Positions 1 to 10,268 of a DNA stretch of 45,420 nt are shown here, piece by piece; position 1 is the first letter of the stretch; each line of letters starts with the position of its first letter. The stretch is taken from the NCBI GenBank assembly GCA_046085905.1, contig JBJSWO010000091.1, forward strand, positions 1-45,420, given 5' to 3'. The notes below the pieces were generated by a model that saw only the letters and a list, made by a program, of their open reading frames with translations, ran no database searches and was not told the origin of the DNA. The DNA is from Actinomycetes bacterium (GTDB lineage: Bacteria > Actinomycetota > Actinomycetes > S36-B12). The translations under genes and the position numbers were made by a program.

Positions 1-1217
1 CCACCCCGGTCGCGGCTGCCTGCTACTACGGGGCTGCCAGAGCGGATACCAGTTGCACCATCTTCCTCGAGATCAACGATCTCGTGGTCGATCCGATCGC
101 CCTCGCCGCCAATGAGTCGCTCACGGTGGTAGCCGCGTATCCGGCATCTGCATTCACCAACGTGCCTGAGCCCACTATCGAGCCACCGTTCGTGATCCCG
201 GGCTTCGCGTGGCTCATCAGCTTGGTGCTCATGCTCATCGCTCTTGTCGCGCCGATCGCATTCGTGCTCGCCAACAGACGGCAACTGCGAAGCAGGGCAC
301 TCGATGGCTCGCCCGTGCAGTTCGAGCCGCCCGACTCCGTTCGACCTGCACAACTACAAGCAGCGCTTGACGGCGAGGTCGATGCACGCGGAGCGGTCGC
401 CACTCTGCTCGACCTGACAGCCCGCGGCTTTCTCACCCTGTCGACCGAGGAGGGCGGGCTCCTCGGGCAGGATTCGATCACTGTCACGCGGACTGAGAAG
501 GATCCTGGCTCGTTGACGCAATGGGAGGCAAACTTCATCTCCGGCGTGCTGGGCAGCGAAAACGCGAAGACCATCGCCGGCTACGACGCAACGCTTGCCG
601 CTGCCCTTGAGGAGACCTCGGCTGTTCTGGTGGCGGAAGCCGAGAGCACCGGGCGACGCAGTATGACGCGCAACCATGGCTTGCGAGCAGCCCTGATCGG
701 TATCGGCACCTTCGGGTTCGGGCTCGGCCTGCTGGCCCTCTTCGTGATGCCGCAGGGTTCGGGCGTGCTCGCCCTGATTCCTGGCGTGATCCTGCTCATC
801 TCGTGCCTGATTGCCTCGCGACTGGTTCCGGCTCGCGAGTCCGCCGAGTCCGCGACCTTCCAGAGCAAGGCCAAGGGATTCCGGAAACTCCTGGACACGG
901 ATGCGGCCGAGGCACGGCGCGAGTTCGCCCAGCGCAGCGGGCTGCAGCCATTCGCGATCTTCGCCACCATGCTCCCGTATGCGGTCATCTTCGATCTCGC
1001 TGAATCTTGGACTCAGGCCTTCCCCGAGATCTCCGCTGAGCAACTCAATGGCGCCGGCTTCTACTTCGGCTCCACGTGGGCCATGTACGCGTTCATCAAC
1101 AGCGCTGAGGCATCCGTGTTGATGGCCTCCACTGAACCCAGTCGTGACTCAGGATCCGGATTCAGTGGCGGCTTCTCCGGCGGTGGTGGCGGTGGTGGCG
1201 GAGGAGGCAGTTGGTGA
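1..1217 (+). CDS. DUF2207-family membrane protein (5' end runs off the window)
   Basis: The reading frame is open from nt 3, and the listed ORF 84..1217 is only the first in-window GTG. It has a TM segment after the N-terminal domain, two more TM segments mid-protein, and the C-terminal Gly run GFSGGFSGGGGGGGGGGSW typical of DUF2207 proteins. Confidence 0.7.
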   Translation, partial: TPVAAACYYGAARADTSCTIFLEINDLVVDPIALAANESLTVVAAYPASAFTNVPEPTIEPPFVIPGFAWLISLVLMLIALVAPIAFVLANRRQLRSRALDGSPVQFEPPDSVRPAQLQAALDGEVDARGAVATLLDLTARGFLTLSTEEGGLLGQDSITVTRTEKDPGSLTQWEANFISGVLGSENAKTIAGYDATLAAALEETSAVLVAEAESTGRRSMTRNHGLRAALIGIGTFGFGLGLLALFVMPQGSGVLALIPGVILLISCLIASRLVPARESAESATFQSKAKGFRKLLDTDAAEARREFAQRSGLQPFAIFATMLPYAVIFDLAESWTQAFPEISAEQLNGAGFYFGSTWAMYAFINSAEASVLMASTEPSRDSGSGFSGGFSGGGGGGGGGGSW

Positions 1218-1250
1218 GCGGGATACTCGTGATCGCGGAAGGGAGAATCC

Positions 1251-2147
1251 ATGCTGATCGGCGTTGACTGGGGCGGCACCAAGATCGAGGTCGTCGCACT
1301 CGAGCCGGACGGCACGGAGCTACTGCGCATCCGGCGGGACACCCCGCGCGGTGATTACGACGGCTGCCTGCGCACAGTGCGCGAGCTCATCGACGAGGCC
1401 GAAGCGGCAACCGGGCAGACAGGGTCCATCGGCATCGGCATTCCGGGTTCCCTCGAGCCGATCAGCCGACTGGGCAAGGGAGGCAGCTCCACCTGGATCA
1501 ACGGTCAGCCAGTGGAAGCCGATCTGCAACGGGTGATCAAACGCCCGATTCGCGTGGTCAATGACGCGGATTGCTTCGCTGCCTCAGAGGCTGTCGATGG
1601 TGCAGGAGTGGGCTACAACGTCGTCTTCGGAGTGATCATCGCAAGCGGCACCGGTGCCGGTGTTGCGATCAACGGTCGCGCGCACCATGGCCCGAATAAC
1701 AGTGCCGGTGACTGGGGCCACAATCCACTGCCCCTCGCGCATCCCGATGAGCTGCCGGGCGATCCCTGCTACTGCGGCAAGAGCGGCTGCATCGAGACCT
1801 GGCTCTCCGGCTACAGCTTCACGCGTGATTTCATCCGACACGGCGGAGCCGACATCAAGCCGGCCGAGATCATGGAGCTCAAGCGCGCCGGTGACCCACT
1901 CGCAATCGCGAACTACGAGCGCTGGATTGACCGAGTGGGCCGCGGCCTCTCCGTCGTGGTCAACACCCTCGACCCGGATGTCTTCGTCATGGGTGGCGGC
2001 ATGAGCAACATCGACGAGCTCTACGACGACCTGCCGGCAAAGGTCGGTCAGTACACGTTCTCCCCCGTCTTCCACACGCCTATCGTGCGCTCGGTGCATG
2101 GTGACTCCAGTGGGGTGCGCGGTGCCGCCTGGCTCTGGCGCGACTGA
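1251..2147 (+). CDS. ROK-family sugar kinase (NagK/Mak-like)
   Basis: N-terminal GVDWGGTK phosphate loop and the ROK Zn motif CYCGKSGCIETWLSG. An RBS-like GGAAGGGAG lies just upstream of the ATG. Confidence 0.85.
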   Translation: MLIGVDWGGTKIEVVALEPDGTELLRIRRDTPRGDYDGCLRTVRELIDEAEAATGQTGSIGIGIPGSLEPISRLGKGGSSTWINGQPVEADLQRVIKRPIRVVNDADCFAASEAVDGAGVGYNVVFGVIIASGTGAGVAINGRAHHGPNNSAGDWGHNPLPLAHPDELPGDPCYCGKSGCIETWLSGYSFTRDFIRHGGADIKPAEIMELKRAGDPLAIANYERWIDRVGRGLSVVVNTLDPDVFVMGGGMSNIDELYDDLPAKVGQYTFSPVFHTPIVRSVHGDSSGVRGAAWLWRD

Positions 2148-2176
2148 ACGGTCACGGGCCCGCGTAGGCTGAGGGC

Positions 2177-2989
2177 ATGGCACTGACCCAGCAGGACATC
2201 GACGATCGCTTCGAATTCGGCAAGGCCCTCATCGCCGAGGCCGGTGCGCTGGCAATGACGTACTTCGACTCCCTCGACTCCCTCGACATCAAGAGCAAGG
2301 GCCCGCAGGATTTTGTCAGCGAGGCTGACTACAACACCGAGGTGCTGATCAAGGATGCGATTAAGGCGCGCTTCCCCGACGATGCCTTCTTCGGCGAGGA
2401 GACCGGGCCGACCGGCATCGACGGGGCCGAGGGAATCTGGGTCGTCGATCCGATTGACGGCACCCAGCCGTTCCTGATGGGGATGACCAGCTGGTGCGTG
2501 TCGATCGCCTTCATTCGTGGCGAGGAGATGCTGATCGGCCTGGTCTACAGCCCCGCCGGAAACGAGTTCTTCGCCGCGCAGAGGGGCAAGGGCGCAACCC
2601 TGAACGGCAAGACGATCCGCGTGCGCGACGCCCACACGCTGAATGACGGAATCGTCAGCGTGGGCTACTCGACTCGTACCGCGCCGCATCAGCTGATTCA
2701 CATGATGACTGGCCTTCTGGAGAACGGCGGCATGTATCACCGCAACGGTTCCGGGGCCCTCGGCGTCTGCTACGTCGGCAGCGGTGCGCTCATCGGCTAC
2801 ATCGAGCACCACATCAACGCCTGGGACTGCCTGGCAGCGCTGCTCATCGTGCAGGAGGCCGGCGGCCGCACGAATGACTTCATCGCAGAGAACGGCCTCC
2901 ATGATGGTGGCAACATCTGCGCCGCGGTCCCGGCGCTCTACGACCAGCTTCGTGACTTCATCCCTACCTCGGCCCCGCGCACGCGTTGA
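2177..2989 (+). CDS. Inositol monophosphatase family protein
   Basis: IMPase signatures FFGEETG and WVVDPIDGTQPF. Length 270 aa. Confidence 0.85.
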   Translation: MALTQQDIDDRFEFGKALIAEAGALAMTYFDSLDSLDIKSKGPQDFVSEADYNTEVLIKDAIKARFPDDAFFGEETGPTGIDGAEGIWVVDPIDGTQPFLMGMTSWCVSIAFIRGEEMLIGLVYSPAGNEFFAAQRGKGATLNGKTIRVRDAHTLNDGIVSVGYSTRTAPHQLIHMMTGLLENGGMYHRNGSGALGVCYVGSGALIGYIEHHINAWDCLAALLIVQEAGGRTNDFIAENGLHDGGNICAAVPALYDQLRDFIPTSAPRTR

Positions 2990-3372
2990 ATCGCGAGCGA
3001 GATCGACTCGGTCGCCCGGTCGGAGCCGGCTCCCCCGACGCCATGCCGGGCATCGTGGAGCGCACCGACATCGACTCGAGTACTGCCTGGCGCGAGGCCC
3101 TCGACTACCTGGGGCGCGACATGCCGTTCCACGCGCATGAGACCTTCGAGCTGCGCTGGCGCTGCTGCCCTGATTCCGAGCGGGCGCTATGGAAGGCGCT
3201 TACACGCTGGGCAGCAGCCGTGACCCACGCGGAACGGGGAAACACGAGAGGAGCATCGTCCATCGCCCGCGAGACGATGCTCGAACTCGTCACGGCCGCA
3301 CCAGCGCCGCTGGACCGCGATGAGCTCGACGGGGTGCTCGCCTCATTGGCGATGCTGGCTCGGCTGCAATAG
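2986..3372 (+). CDS. DUF309 domain protein
   Basis: N-terminal RDRLGRPV and the FHAHETFELRWR core resemble the DUF309 family. A TTG start overlaps the IMPase stop (TTGA). Confidence 0.55.
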   Translation: MNRERDRLGRPVGAGSPDAMPGIVERTDIDSSTAWREALDYLGRDMPFHAHETFELRWRCCPDSERALWKALTRWAAAVTHAERGNTRGASSIARETMLELVTAAPAPLDRDELDGVLASLAMLARLQ

Positions 3373-4737
3373 TCAGGAAGCCCGTGCCGCGGTAGCGCCG
3401 TGCTCAGCGGCGAGGGCCTCCCAGTTCACGCGGCTCTGGCGCCACGCGAAGATTCCGAGCTTCACCAGTTCCTCCACGACGCGCGCTAGGAAGATCCCGA
3501 TCGCCAGGAGCGGTGTCGACAGGCCGAGGAACAGCGCCAGAGGAAGCCCCACCACGAAAGTGCTGAAGACATCACCGAAGATCACGCCCCTCACGTCGTT
3601 GCCGCTCGGGAGCACGCCCGCCCCGACGATCATGTTGCGCACCTTTATCGCCTGGATGATGCCGTTGATCACGATGCCGATCGCAGCGATGCGGATCACC
3701 TCACTACTGACCTCGGTGAAGAGAAAGGGAACTGCCAACGCCGAGAGTGCATAGAGCAGGCCGAAGGCCAGACCCGTGGCCACTCCGGCCTTGCTGATGC
3801 GGCGAATCCAGGCCCGAGCTGCCAGGGCATCCCCCTCACCCAGCGACTTGCCGATGAGAGCCGTCGCGGCTGACATCAGTCCGATGCTCCCGACGATGAA
3901 GATCCCCTCCAGGGTCGCCACGATCTGCGCTGCGGCCAGGGAGTCCGTTCCCAGCCTCTGGAAGATCACGTTGTACAGGAAGATGCCGAGGGTCCAGAAG
4001 AGCTCGGTGATACCCAAGGGGATCGCGAGAATGATGAGCGGCTTCACGATGGTTCTCACCGCATGCTGATGACGCGGCATATGCCAGGAAACGAGATCAA
4101 GACGGCCGTACGCGAGGTAACCGAGTACCGCCAGCTTCAGGACATTCGCCGTCAACACCGCAACTCCTGCGCCCATGACGCCGAGTCGTGGCAGGGGTCC
4201 GATTCCATAGACCAATGAGAAGGCGATCAGGCTGTCGAGTATCACCGTGACTGCCGTGACATACATCGGAACCTTGGCGAAGCCCGTGGATCGCATGACA
4301 CCGCTGAGGACGGCAGCGATGATTCCGGGAATCAGTGCAACGAGGGATAGGCGAAAGTACGAAGAGCCCTCCGCCGCGACTTCTGCGGAGGCACCCGTCA
4401 GGATCAAGGCCTGCGTCGTCCACAGGAATCCCGCGATCGCGAAGGGTGCGGCGATGGCGATGGCGAGTGAGATCGCCGTGGAGACCGTGGCATTCATGTC
4501 GCCTTGCCGACCGGAGCCAAATGCGCGAGCGGCAAGGATCGCAGTCGAGGCGCCCAGCGCACCGACAGTGACGAACAGGATGAAGCCGAGACTGTTCGCG
4601 AATCCGACGGCCGCGATGGCCACGGCACCCAGCCCGCCCACGATGATCTGATTGATGAAGTTCATCCCCAGCATGATCACGAACTCGAGGCTCACGGGCA
4701 CCGCGATGCGCGCGATCTCCCGTCGTGGTGTCATCAC
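3373..4737 (-). CDS. MATE family efflux transporter
   Basis: 454 aa with about 12 hydrophobic segments. Typical MATE N-terminus (EIARIAVPVSLEF..) and internal duplication. Confidence 0.85.
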   Translation of the reverse strand: MMTPRREIARIAVPVSLEFVIMLGMNFINQIIVGGLGAVAIAAVGFANSLGFILFVTVGALGASTAILAARAFGSGRQGDMNATVSTAISLAIAIAAPFAIAGFLWTTQALILTGASAEVAAEGSSYFRLSLVALIPGIIAAVLSGVMRSTGFAKVPMYVTAVTVILDSLIAFSLVYGIGPLPRLGVMGAGVAVLTANVLKLAVLGYLAYGRLDLVSWHMPRHQHAVRTIVKPLIILAIPLGITELFWTLGIFLYNVIFQRLGTDSLAAAQIVATLEGIFIVGSIGLMSAATALIGKSLGEGDALAARAWIRRISKAGVATGLAFGLLYALSALAVPFLFTEVSSEVIRIAAIGIVINGIIQAIKVRNMIVGAGVLPSGNDVRGVIFGDVFSTFVVGLPLALFLGLSTPLLAIGIFLARVVEELVKLGIFAWRQSRVNWEALAAEHGATAARAS

Positions 4738-4762
4738 ACCAGGCTACGTGAGCGCGGTACCG

Positions 4763-6547
4763 CTAGCGCACGCGGTAACTGGCCACTGTCTCAAGCGGCA
4801 GGTAACGACCCTTGGCAGGCGCAGTCACGCTGACCTTCACTGACACGGGTGCTGTCACGGTGACTGACACACTTCCGTTTCTGCGGCTCACCTGGCAGTA
4901 CACGAGATCGCCAGTGAGTCTTGCACGCACGAGCGGGGTGCATGCGACCGAGACCCTGGCGATCTGCTTGGCATTCGTGATCACGGGCTTGGAGATGAGC
5001 ACGGTCGTGCCGGGCTTCAATGCAGTCGGCAGGACGAGACCCGGAGCAGTCTGCTCATCGCCGATGACGACGGGTACGACAACCGCCTGACTGATGCCCT
5101 CGCGGTCGGTGATGATCACCGTGACCTCATCCTTGCCAACGAAACCATCGTTCGGCGTGTAGATCACCTCGCCGTTGGTGACCACGGCATCGCCATTGGT
5201 CGGCTTCTCAACATCGGTGATCACCGAGTCAGTCGGGATGTTCGGGATATCGGGCACGGTGATCGGGGTCGGCTGGTCAAAGGGCACCACGAGCGGATCG
5301 ACGACATCGGCGATGACTGTCGCGGTCGGCGACGGCGATGCGGACGCGGATACCTGTCCGGCATCAGCCGAGGTAGCGCTCGCGGCGCCGCTGGCCGAGG
5401 CCGAGGAAGTCGCGCTCGAGGATGCCGATCCTGATGCACTGCTGCTCGGTGACGCACTCGCCGAGCCTGATGCACTCGCCGATGAGGAGCCCGATGCGGT
5501 GGGAGATGCCGAGTTGCAGCTCGACCCCGACGCACTCGCCGACGCACTCGCCGAGGCCGATGCATTCGAGGTCGCCGCTGCGGCGGCGGGGATCTCGCAA
5601 TCGTTATCGAGGATCGCTCCGCCGGTCGGCCAGTTCAGTCCAGCGTAGCCCGGGAATGGCGGAATGATGTCGCCCCAGCCCTTCTCGGGGTACAGGCCGC
5701 CGGCGTGACCGTCGTGACCAGTGATGACGGCATCCTGCGAGATGGTGATGCGCACGTAGGGGTTCTGCTTGCTCGAGGTGCGATGACAGATCACGACCTT
5801 GCCCACGGGCGCAGAGGGAATGCTCGGTGCGGGGGTCGCGGTCGGGCTGGCCGAGGGCACGACGGAAGCCGAGGATGAGGACGAAGCCGGTGCCGGCTTC
5901 GCGAGATCAGTGGCGATCCAAAGTGCGTACTGCGGGAAACCAGACAGCTTCTTCTGCGTCAGGGTGATCGTCTTGAGGTCGCCACTCGGCGTGAACCACG
6001 CAGATGCGCCTTGCGTATCAGTGCCTGAGCCCATGAGAGTCTCGGTCTTCGGATCCCACGTCGGAACGTCAGTCTGGCCCGTGGCTGTGTTGAAGGACTC
6101 GACGAAGAACTCATTCATATTGAGTTTGCGGCCTGCAGAATCCTGCGCCGTGACCGTGACGTTCTCGGCGTCGACATCTCCGAGAGCCATTCCCCAGGTG
6201 CCCGCGATCGGTGCAGAGTCAAAGGTAAGCGTGACACTTCCGGTGGTCTGGCCAGAGGCCACCGCGGTGAGCAAGTAGGTGGAGCCACGCGAGGATCCAT
6301 ACTGAAGGCCGAAGGGGGAGGTACCAATCAGCGTCTGACTCTTGGCCACCGTCTGCGTGCTGTCGATTGAGGTGAACGAGGCGTTCGGGAAGTTAGTTCC
6401 GGGGAAGCTGACCTCTCCGCTGCCACCACTGGCTGTCCAGACGCCGTACACACCTGTGCCCGAGACGGCCTGCGAGACCGAGGGCAGGATGAAGGCCCCG
6501 GCGGTGACCAAAGCAAGGGACGTTACGGCAATGACAGTGCGGCGCAT
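4763..6547 (-). CDS. Secreted multidomain surface protein with Ser/Ala/Pro linkers and a cadherin/Ig-like module
   Basis: Signal peptide MRRTVIAVTSLALVTAGAFILPSVSQA. Two low-complexity linkers. A Cys/His module VVICHRTSSKQNPYVRITIS..GHDGHAGG. A segment DAVVTNGEVIYTPNDGFVGKDEVTVIITD typical of cadherin-like/Ig-like repeats. No LPXTG. Confidence 0.7.
   Translation of the reverse strand: MRRTVIAVTSLALVTAGAFILPSVSQAVSGTGVYGVWTASGGSGEVSFPGTNFPNASFTSIDSTQTVAKSQTLIGTSPFGLQYGSSRGSTYLLTAVASGQTTGSVTLTFDSAPIAGTWGMALGDVDAENVTVTAQDSAGRKLNMNEFFVESFNTATGQTDVPTWDPKTETLMGSGTDTQGASAWFTPSGDLKTITLTQKKLSGFPQYALWIATDLAKPAPASSSSSASVVPSASPTATPAPSIPSAPVGKVVICHRTSSKQNPYVRITISQDAVITGHDGHAGGLYPEKGWGDIIPPFPGYAGLNWPTGGAILDNDCEIPAAAAATSNASASASASASASGSSCNSASPTASGSSSASASGSASASPSSSASGSASSSATSSASASGAASATSADAGQVSASASPSPTATVIADVVDPLVVPFDQPTPITVPDIPNIPTDSVITDVEKPTNGDAVVTNGEVIYTPNDGFVGKDEVTVIITDREGISQAVVVPVVIGDEQTAPGLVLPTALKPGTTVLISKPVITNAKQIARVSVACTPLVRARLTGDLVYCQVSRRNGSVSVTVTAPVSVKVSVTAPAKGRYLPLETVASYRVR
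5315..5583 (-). repeat. Imperfect short tandem repeats encoding an ~90-aa Ser/Ala tract (ASASASASASGSS...SASGSASSSATSSASASG)
   Basis: The plus strand shows reiterated gacgcactcgcc / gatgcactcgcc / gaggccga units. The tract lies inside CDS 4763..6547. Confidence 0.7.
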
Positions 6548-6608
6548 GGACCAAGCCTAGGCGCGGCCGGCCCCGCTTCCCTGCCGAAGGTTGTCCCTCG
6601 AAGACGGG

Positions 6609-7496
6609 TCACGCTACAGACGTCGCGATGCGATTGCGCCCGGCGTCCTTGGCTGCGTACAGGGCCTTGTCGGCACGCGCGAGGGCCAGATCCAGGGTCT
6701 CCCCGACCGGCCAGCCCGTCAGCCCGATCGAGAAGGCGGAGGGGACTAGCCCTGCTCCCGTCGAGATGGGTCGCTCGACCACCTTGCGGTGCACTCGGGT
6801 CAGCACTGCCTCGGCTTGGTCCTGCGGTAGGTCGAGGACAACGAGGAACTCGTCGCCACCCCATCGCCCGACGAGGTCTGACTTCGAGATATTGCTCAGC
6901 AGTCGGCCTCCGATCGCCTGGATGTACTCGTCGCCGGCCACGTGACCGAGATCGTCGTTGACCTTCTTGAGGTTGTCGCAGTCCACGATCGCGAGGGTCC
7001 GCTCGGCAGGACCTTTGGCGTCGAGTTGCTCCAGGAGTCCGCGGCGATTCAGCAGTCCGGTGAGGAAATCCGTGCTGGCCTGTGTCTTGATCAACTCGGC
7101 CTGCGAGGCGCGGGTGAGGGCGTTGACGAGCTCGGCTTCGCGCCGGGTGCGCAGCATCGAGGCGAGAACCGCAATGATGCCCACACCCGCGATGATGAAC
7201 AGCCGCACGGTCTGGGCCGGCACGTTTCCGTCGACGGCCAGTTGACCGAAACCGAAGGCACTCAGCCAGGCGATGACGCCCACGGCAGCGGTCATCAGCG
7301 GTCGAGCGAAGATCGCCGAGAACATCGGCACGACGGCGAGCACGCCTACATACGCGGTCTTGGGGCTTTCGATGACGTCGGCTCCGAGGATCAGCACGAT
7401 GAAGAGCAAGGGCACGATGAATCCGAGCAGCCATCGCATTCCAGCGCCCGCAGTGATCCGCGAGCCTGACTTAGGCCGATCCCCCTGTGCATTCAT
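6609..7496 (-). CDS. Membrane-anchored GGDEF diguanylate cyclase
   Basis: About 4 N-terminal TM segments, then a GGDEF domain with an intact active-site motif (GRWGGDEFLVVL). The start is uncertain; an alternative is MRWLLG at 7439. Confidence 0.85.
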   Translation of the reverse strand: MNAQGDRPKSGSRITAGAGMRWLLGFIVPLLFIVLILGADVIESPKTAYVGVLAVVPMFSAIFARPLMTAAVGVIAWLSAFGFGQLAVDGNVPAQTVRLFIIAGVGIIAVLASMLRTRREAELVNALTRASQAELIKTQASTDFLTGLLNRRGLLEQLDAKGPAERTLAIVDCDNLKKVNDDLGHVAGDEYIQAIGGRLLSNISKSDLVGRWGGDEFLVVLDLPQDQAEAVLTRVHRKVVERPISTGAGLVPSAFSIGLTGWPVGETLDLALARADKALYAAKDAGRNRIATSVA

Positions 7497-7571
7497 GCCT
7501 GGAGTATCGGCGGAAATGCGACGGAAGGGCCGGTTGGTCCAGAAATGTTCTGACCAGTTCCCAGGGAGTGA

Positions 7572-8549
7572 TCACACATAAATGTGGGTCATGTCGTGAT
7601 ACCTGGGCCCGGCCACGGACTCAGGGCCGAAGAGTGCCTCCAGGCGAGCTCTGTCATCAGCAGTCAGCTCGATATCCGAGGCCGCGAGGTTCTCCTCGAG
7701 ATAGGACACCTTCTTGGTTCCGGGAATGGGCACGATGAAATCGCCCTGAGCGAGCACCCAGGCGAGTGCTAGCTGAGTGGCCCGGACACCCTTCTCCGCG
7801 GCGAGTTGCTCCACCCCGCGCACCAGTGCGAGATTTCGCTCGAGATTCTCGCCCTGGAAGCGCGGGTTTCCGCGCCGGTAGTCATTCTCCGGCAGCTGAT
7901 CGAGGCTGGTGATCTCGCCCGACAGGAAGCCACGCGCGAGGGGTGAGAACGGCACGAAACCGATCGACAGCTCCCGGGCGATATCCAGGACTCCGTTGCG
8001 CTCGACATCGCGGGTCCAGAGTGAGTACTCGCTCTGGATTGCGGTGACCGGGTGAATGGCGTGGGCTCGACGAATGGTGTCGGGGGCGGCCTCCGAGATT
8101 CCGAGGGTTCGCACCTTGCCGGCGTCGACGAGTTCTTTCATCGCCCCCCAGGTCTCCTCGATCGGCACGTTGAGATCGACTCGATGTTGGTAGTAGAGGT
8201 CGATGTAGTCGGAATTGAGGCGCCGGAGCGAGGCATCGCACGCGGCATGCACGTATTCGGGACGACCGTTGATGCGGATCTTTCCCTCGGGGGTAACTTC
8301 ATGGCCGAACTTCGTGGCAATCACTATCCCCGACCGCGCGGAGCCGAGCTCAGCTCCGAGAAGTTCCTCGTTGAGGTACGGCCCATAGATGTCAGCCGTA
8401 TCGAAGAAGGTCACGCCAAGGTCCAGCGCCCGATGCAGTGTTGCCCGAGACTGCTCATCGTCACGAACGCCGTAGTTGCCACTCATGCCCATGCAGCCGA
8501 GACCCTGCTCGGAGACGATCAGTGACGTGCCAAGGGCTCTGCTGCGCAT
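7572..8549 (-). CDS. Aldo/keto reductase
   Basis: [23 protein letters not shown].., FFDTADIYG and an HRVD motif. I prefer the ATG at 8549 (AGGAAG RBS), because the longer ORF to 8594 would run through a terminator hairpin. Confidence 0.85.
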   Translation of the reverse strand: MRSRALGTSLIVSEQGLGCMGMSGNYGVRDDEQSRATLHRALDLGVTFFDTADIYGPYLNEELLGAELGSARSGIVIATKFGHEVTPEGKIRINGRPEYVHAACDASLRRLNSDYIDLYYQHRVDLNVPIEETWGAMKELVDAGKVRTLGISEAAPDTIRRAHAIHPVTAIQSEYSLWTRDVERNGVLDIARELSIGFVPFSPLARGFLSGEITSLDQLPENDYRRGNPRFQGENLERNLALVRGVEQLAAEKGVRATQLALAWVLAQGDFIVPIPGTKKVSYLEENLAASDIELTADDRARLEALFGPESVAGPRYHDMTHIYV

Positions 8550-8564
8550 GTGCTTCCTGCCGAC

Positions 8565-8594
8565 GTGGGGCCTCCCAGTGTAGGGAGGCCCCAC
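8565..8594 (-). terminator. 12-bp perfect stem-loop downstream of ahpF
   Basis: gtggggcctccc-agtgta-gggaggccccac, 21 nt after the ahpF stop. There is no clear U-tract, which is common in high-GC actinobacteria. Confidence 0.5.
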
Positions 8595-8615
8595 ATCGTG
8601 AGACCGGAGTTCGAG

Positions 8616-10187
8616 CTAGACGGTTGCCTCGACAGGGGCGGAAGTGCGAATCAGGTGATCGAATGCGCTCAGCGCCGCCGTCGCGCCCGCACCGAGTGCG
8701 ATCACGATCTGCTTGAACGGCACCGTGGTGCAGTCACCTGCGGCGAAGACACCCGTCATTGACGTGCGTCCGTGATCATCGATGATCACCTCTCCTCGCG
8801 GCGACAGCTCGATTGAGCCTTCCAGCCATTCGGTGTTCGGCAGCAGGCCGATCTGGACGAAGATGCCGTCGAGCGCGAGTTCGTGAGACGTGTCATCCGT
8901 GCGATCGATGTAGGACAGGCCTGTCACCTTCGAGCCATCCCCACGTACCTCAGTCGAGAGAGCGCTGACGATGATGTCGACGTTCGGAAGGCTGCGCAGC
9001 TTGCGCTGGAGCACTTCGTCGGCACGGAGCTGGCTATCGAACTCAATGAGAGTCACGTGCGCCACGACCCCGGCGAGATCGATGGCCGCCTCGACTCCGG
9101 AGTTTCCGCCACCGATCACGGCAACGCGCTTGCCCTTGAACAGCGGGCCATCGCAGTGCGGGCAGTAGGTGACTCCCTTGTTGCGGTACTCCTGCTCACC
9201 CGGAACATTCATCGACCGCCAGCGGGCCCCAGTCGAGAGCACGACGGACTTCGACTTCACGGTGGCGCCGCTCTCGAGGAGCACCTCGATCAGGCCATCA
9301 TTGCCAGCGGAGGTGATGCGGGCCGCCTTCTGGGTGTTCATGAGGTCGACGTCGTACTCCAGCACATGCTGCTCGAGTGCGGTGGCCAGTTTCGGGCCCT
9401 CGGTGTGCTGGATTGAGATGAAGTTCTCAATACCCATGGTGTCGAGCACCTGCCCGCCGAATCGCTCGGATACCACTCCGGTGCGGATTCCCTTGCGGGC
9501 GGCGTAAATCGCTGCTGCCGCTCCGGCTGGTCCGCCACCGACGACGAGCACCTCGAAGGGTTCCTTCTCGGCGATTCGCGCCGCGGCGCGATCAGCAGCA
9601 CCGGTGTCGACCTTGGCGAGAATCTCCTCCAGGCTCATCCGACCCGAGGCAAAAGGCTCACCGTTGAGGAAGACCGCGGGAACCGCGAGCACCTGTCGTG
9701 CCTCGACTTCGTTCTGGAAGAGCGCGCCGTCAATGGCCACGTGCGTGATGCGGGGATTGACCACGCTCATCAGATTGAGGGCCTGCACCACGTCGGGGCA
9801 GTTCTGGCAGGTGAGGGAGAAGTAGGTCTCGAAGTGAAACTCACCGTCGAGATTGCGCACCTGGTCGAGGGTCTCGTCAGAGGCGGTGGAGGGGTGGCCG
9901 CCCACCTGCAGCAGGGCGAGGATGAACGAGGTGAACTCGTGACCCATCGGAATGCCGGCGAAGCGCACGGAGATGTCGGTGCCGGTACGGGTAATCGCAA
10001 AGGACGGCCGACGTTCGTTGTCGGCGCTGGTCACGGTGATGTTGTCGGAGAGAGCGGCCACTTCGTCGAGCAGGCCGGCGAGCTCTGCCGACTTCGGGCT
10101 GTCATCGAGTGAGGCGACCAGCTCGATCGGGAAGACAACCTTCTCGAGGTGGCCCTTCAACTGCGAGGTTATGGCTGCGTCAAGCAT
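8616..10187 (-). CDS. ahpF: Alkyl hydroperoxide reductase subunit F
   Basis: 523 aa. N-terminal [17 protein letters not shown].., the thioredoxin-like CQNCPD motif, the CPHCDG redox centre and FAD/NAD GxGxxG motifs. Confidence 0.95.
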   Translation of the reverse strand: MLDAAITSQLKGHLEKVVFPIELVASLDDSPKSAELAGLLDEVAALSDNITVTSADNERRPSFAITRTGTDISVRFAGIPMGHEFTSFILALLQVGGHPSTASDETLDQVRNLDGEFHFETYFSLTCQNCPDVVQALNLMSVVNPRITHVAIDGALFQNEVEARQVLAVPAVFLNGEPFASGRMSLEEILAKVDTGAADRAAARIAEKEPFEVLVVGGGPAGAAAAIYAARKGIRTGVVSERFGGQVLDTMGIENFISIQHTEGPKLATALEQHVLEYDVDLMNTQKAARITSAGNDGLIEVLLESGATVKSKSVVLSTGARWRSMNVPGEQEYRNKGVTYCPHCDGPLFKGKRVAVIGGGNSGVEAAIDLAGVVAHVTLIEFDSQLRADEVLQRKLRSLPNVDIIVSALSTEVRGDGSKVTGLSYIDRTDDTSHELALDGIFVQIGLLPNTEWLEGSIELSPRGEVIIDDHGRTSMTGVFAAGDCTTVPFKQIVIALGAGATAALSAFDHLIRTSAPVEATV

Positions 10188-10226
10188 GGCTACTCCAAGT
10201 GTGTGTGCGAGGTCTCTGAGGTGGAT

Positions 10227-10252
10227 GGGGTCCGGGCCGAGGCCCGGACCCC
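10227..10252 (-). promoter_or_regulatory. Intercistronic stem-loop between ahpC and ahpF (possible attenuator or partial terminator)
   Basis: ggggtccgggc-cgag-gcccggacccc, an 11-bp perfect stem in the 81-nt ahpC-ahpF spacer. Confidence 0.4.
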
Positions 10253-10268
10253 CACCACGAGGGTCGAA

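Noticed and set aside
1165-1214. The poly-Gly-encoding run at the 3' end of the DUF2207 gene as a slippage or phase-variation tract.
   Set aside because: The codons are mixed (ggc/ggt/gga), not a homopolymer or a perfect short repeat. A Gly tail is a normal feature of the family.
8550-8594. A 15-codon N-terminal extension of the aldo/keto reductase (ORF start at 8594).
   Set aside because: The extension is exactly the 12-bp stem-loop that terminates ahpF. A good ATG with an AGGAAG RBS lies at 8549, and AKR homology starts there.
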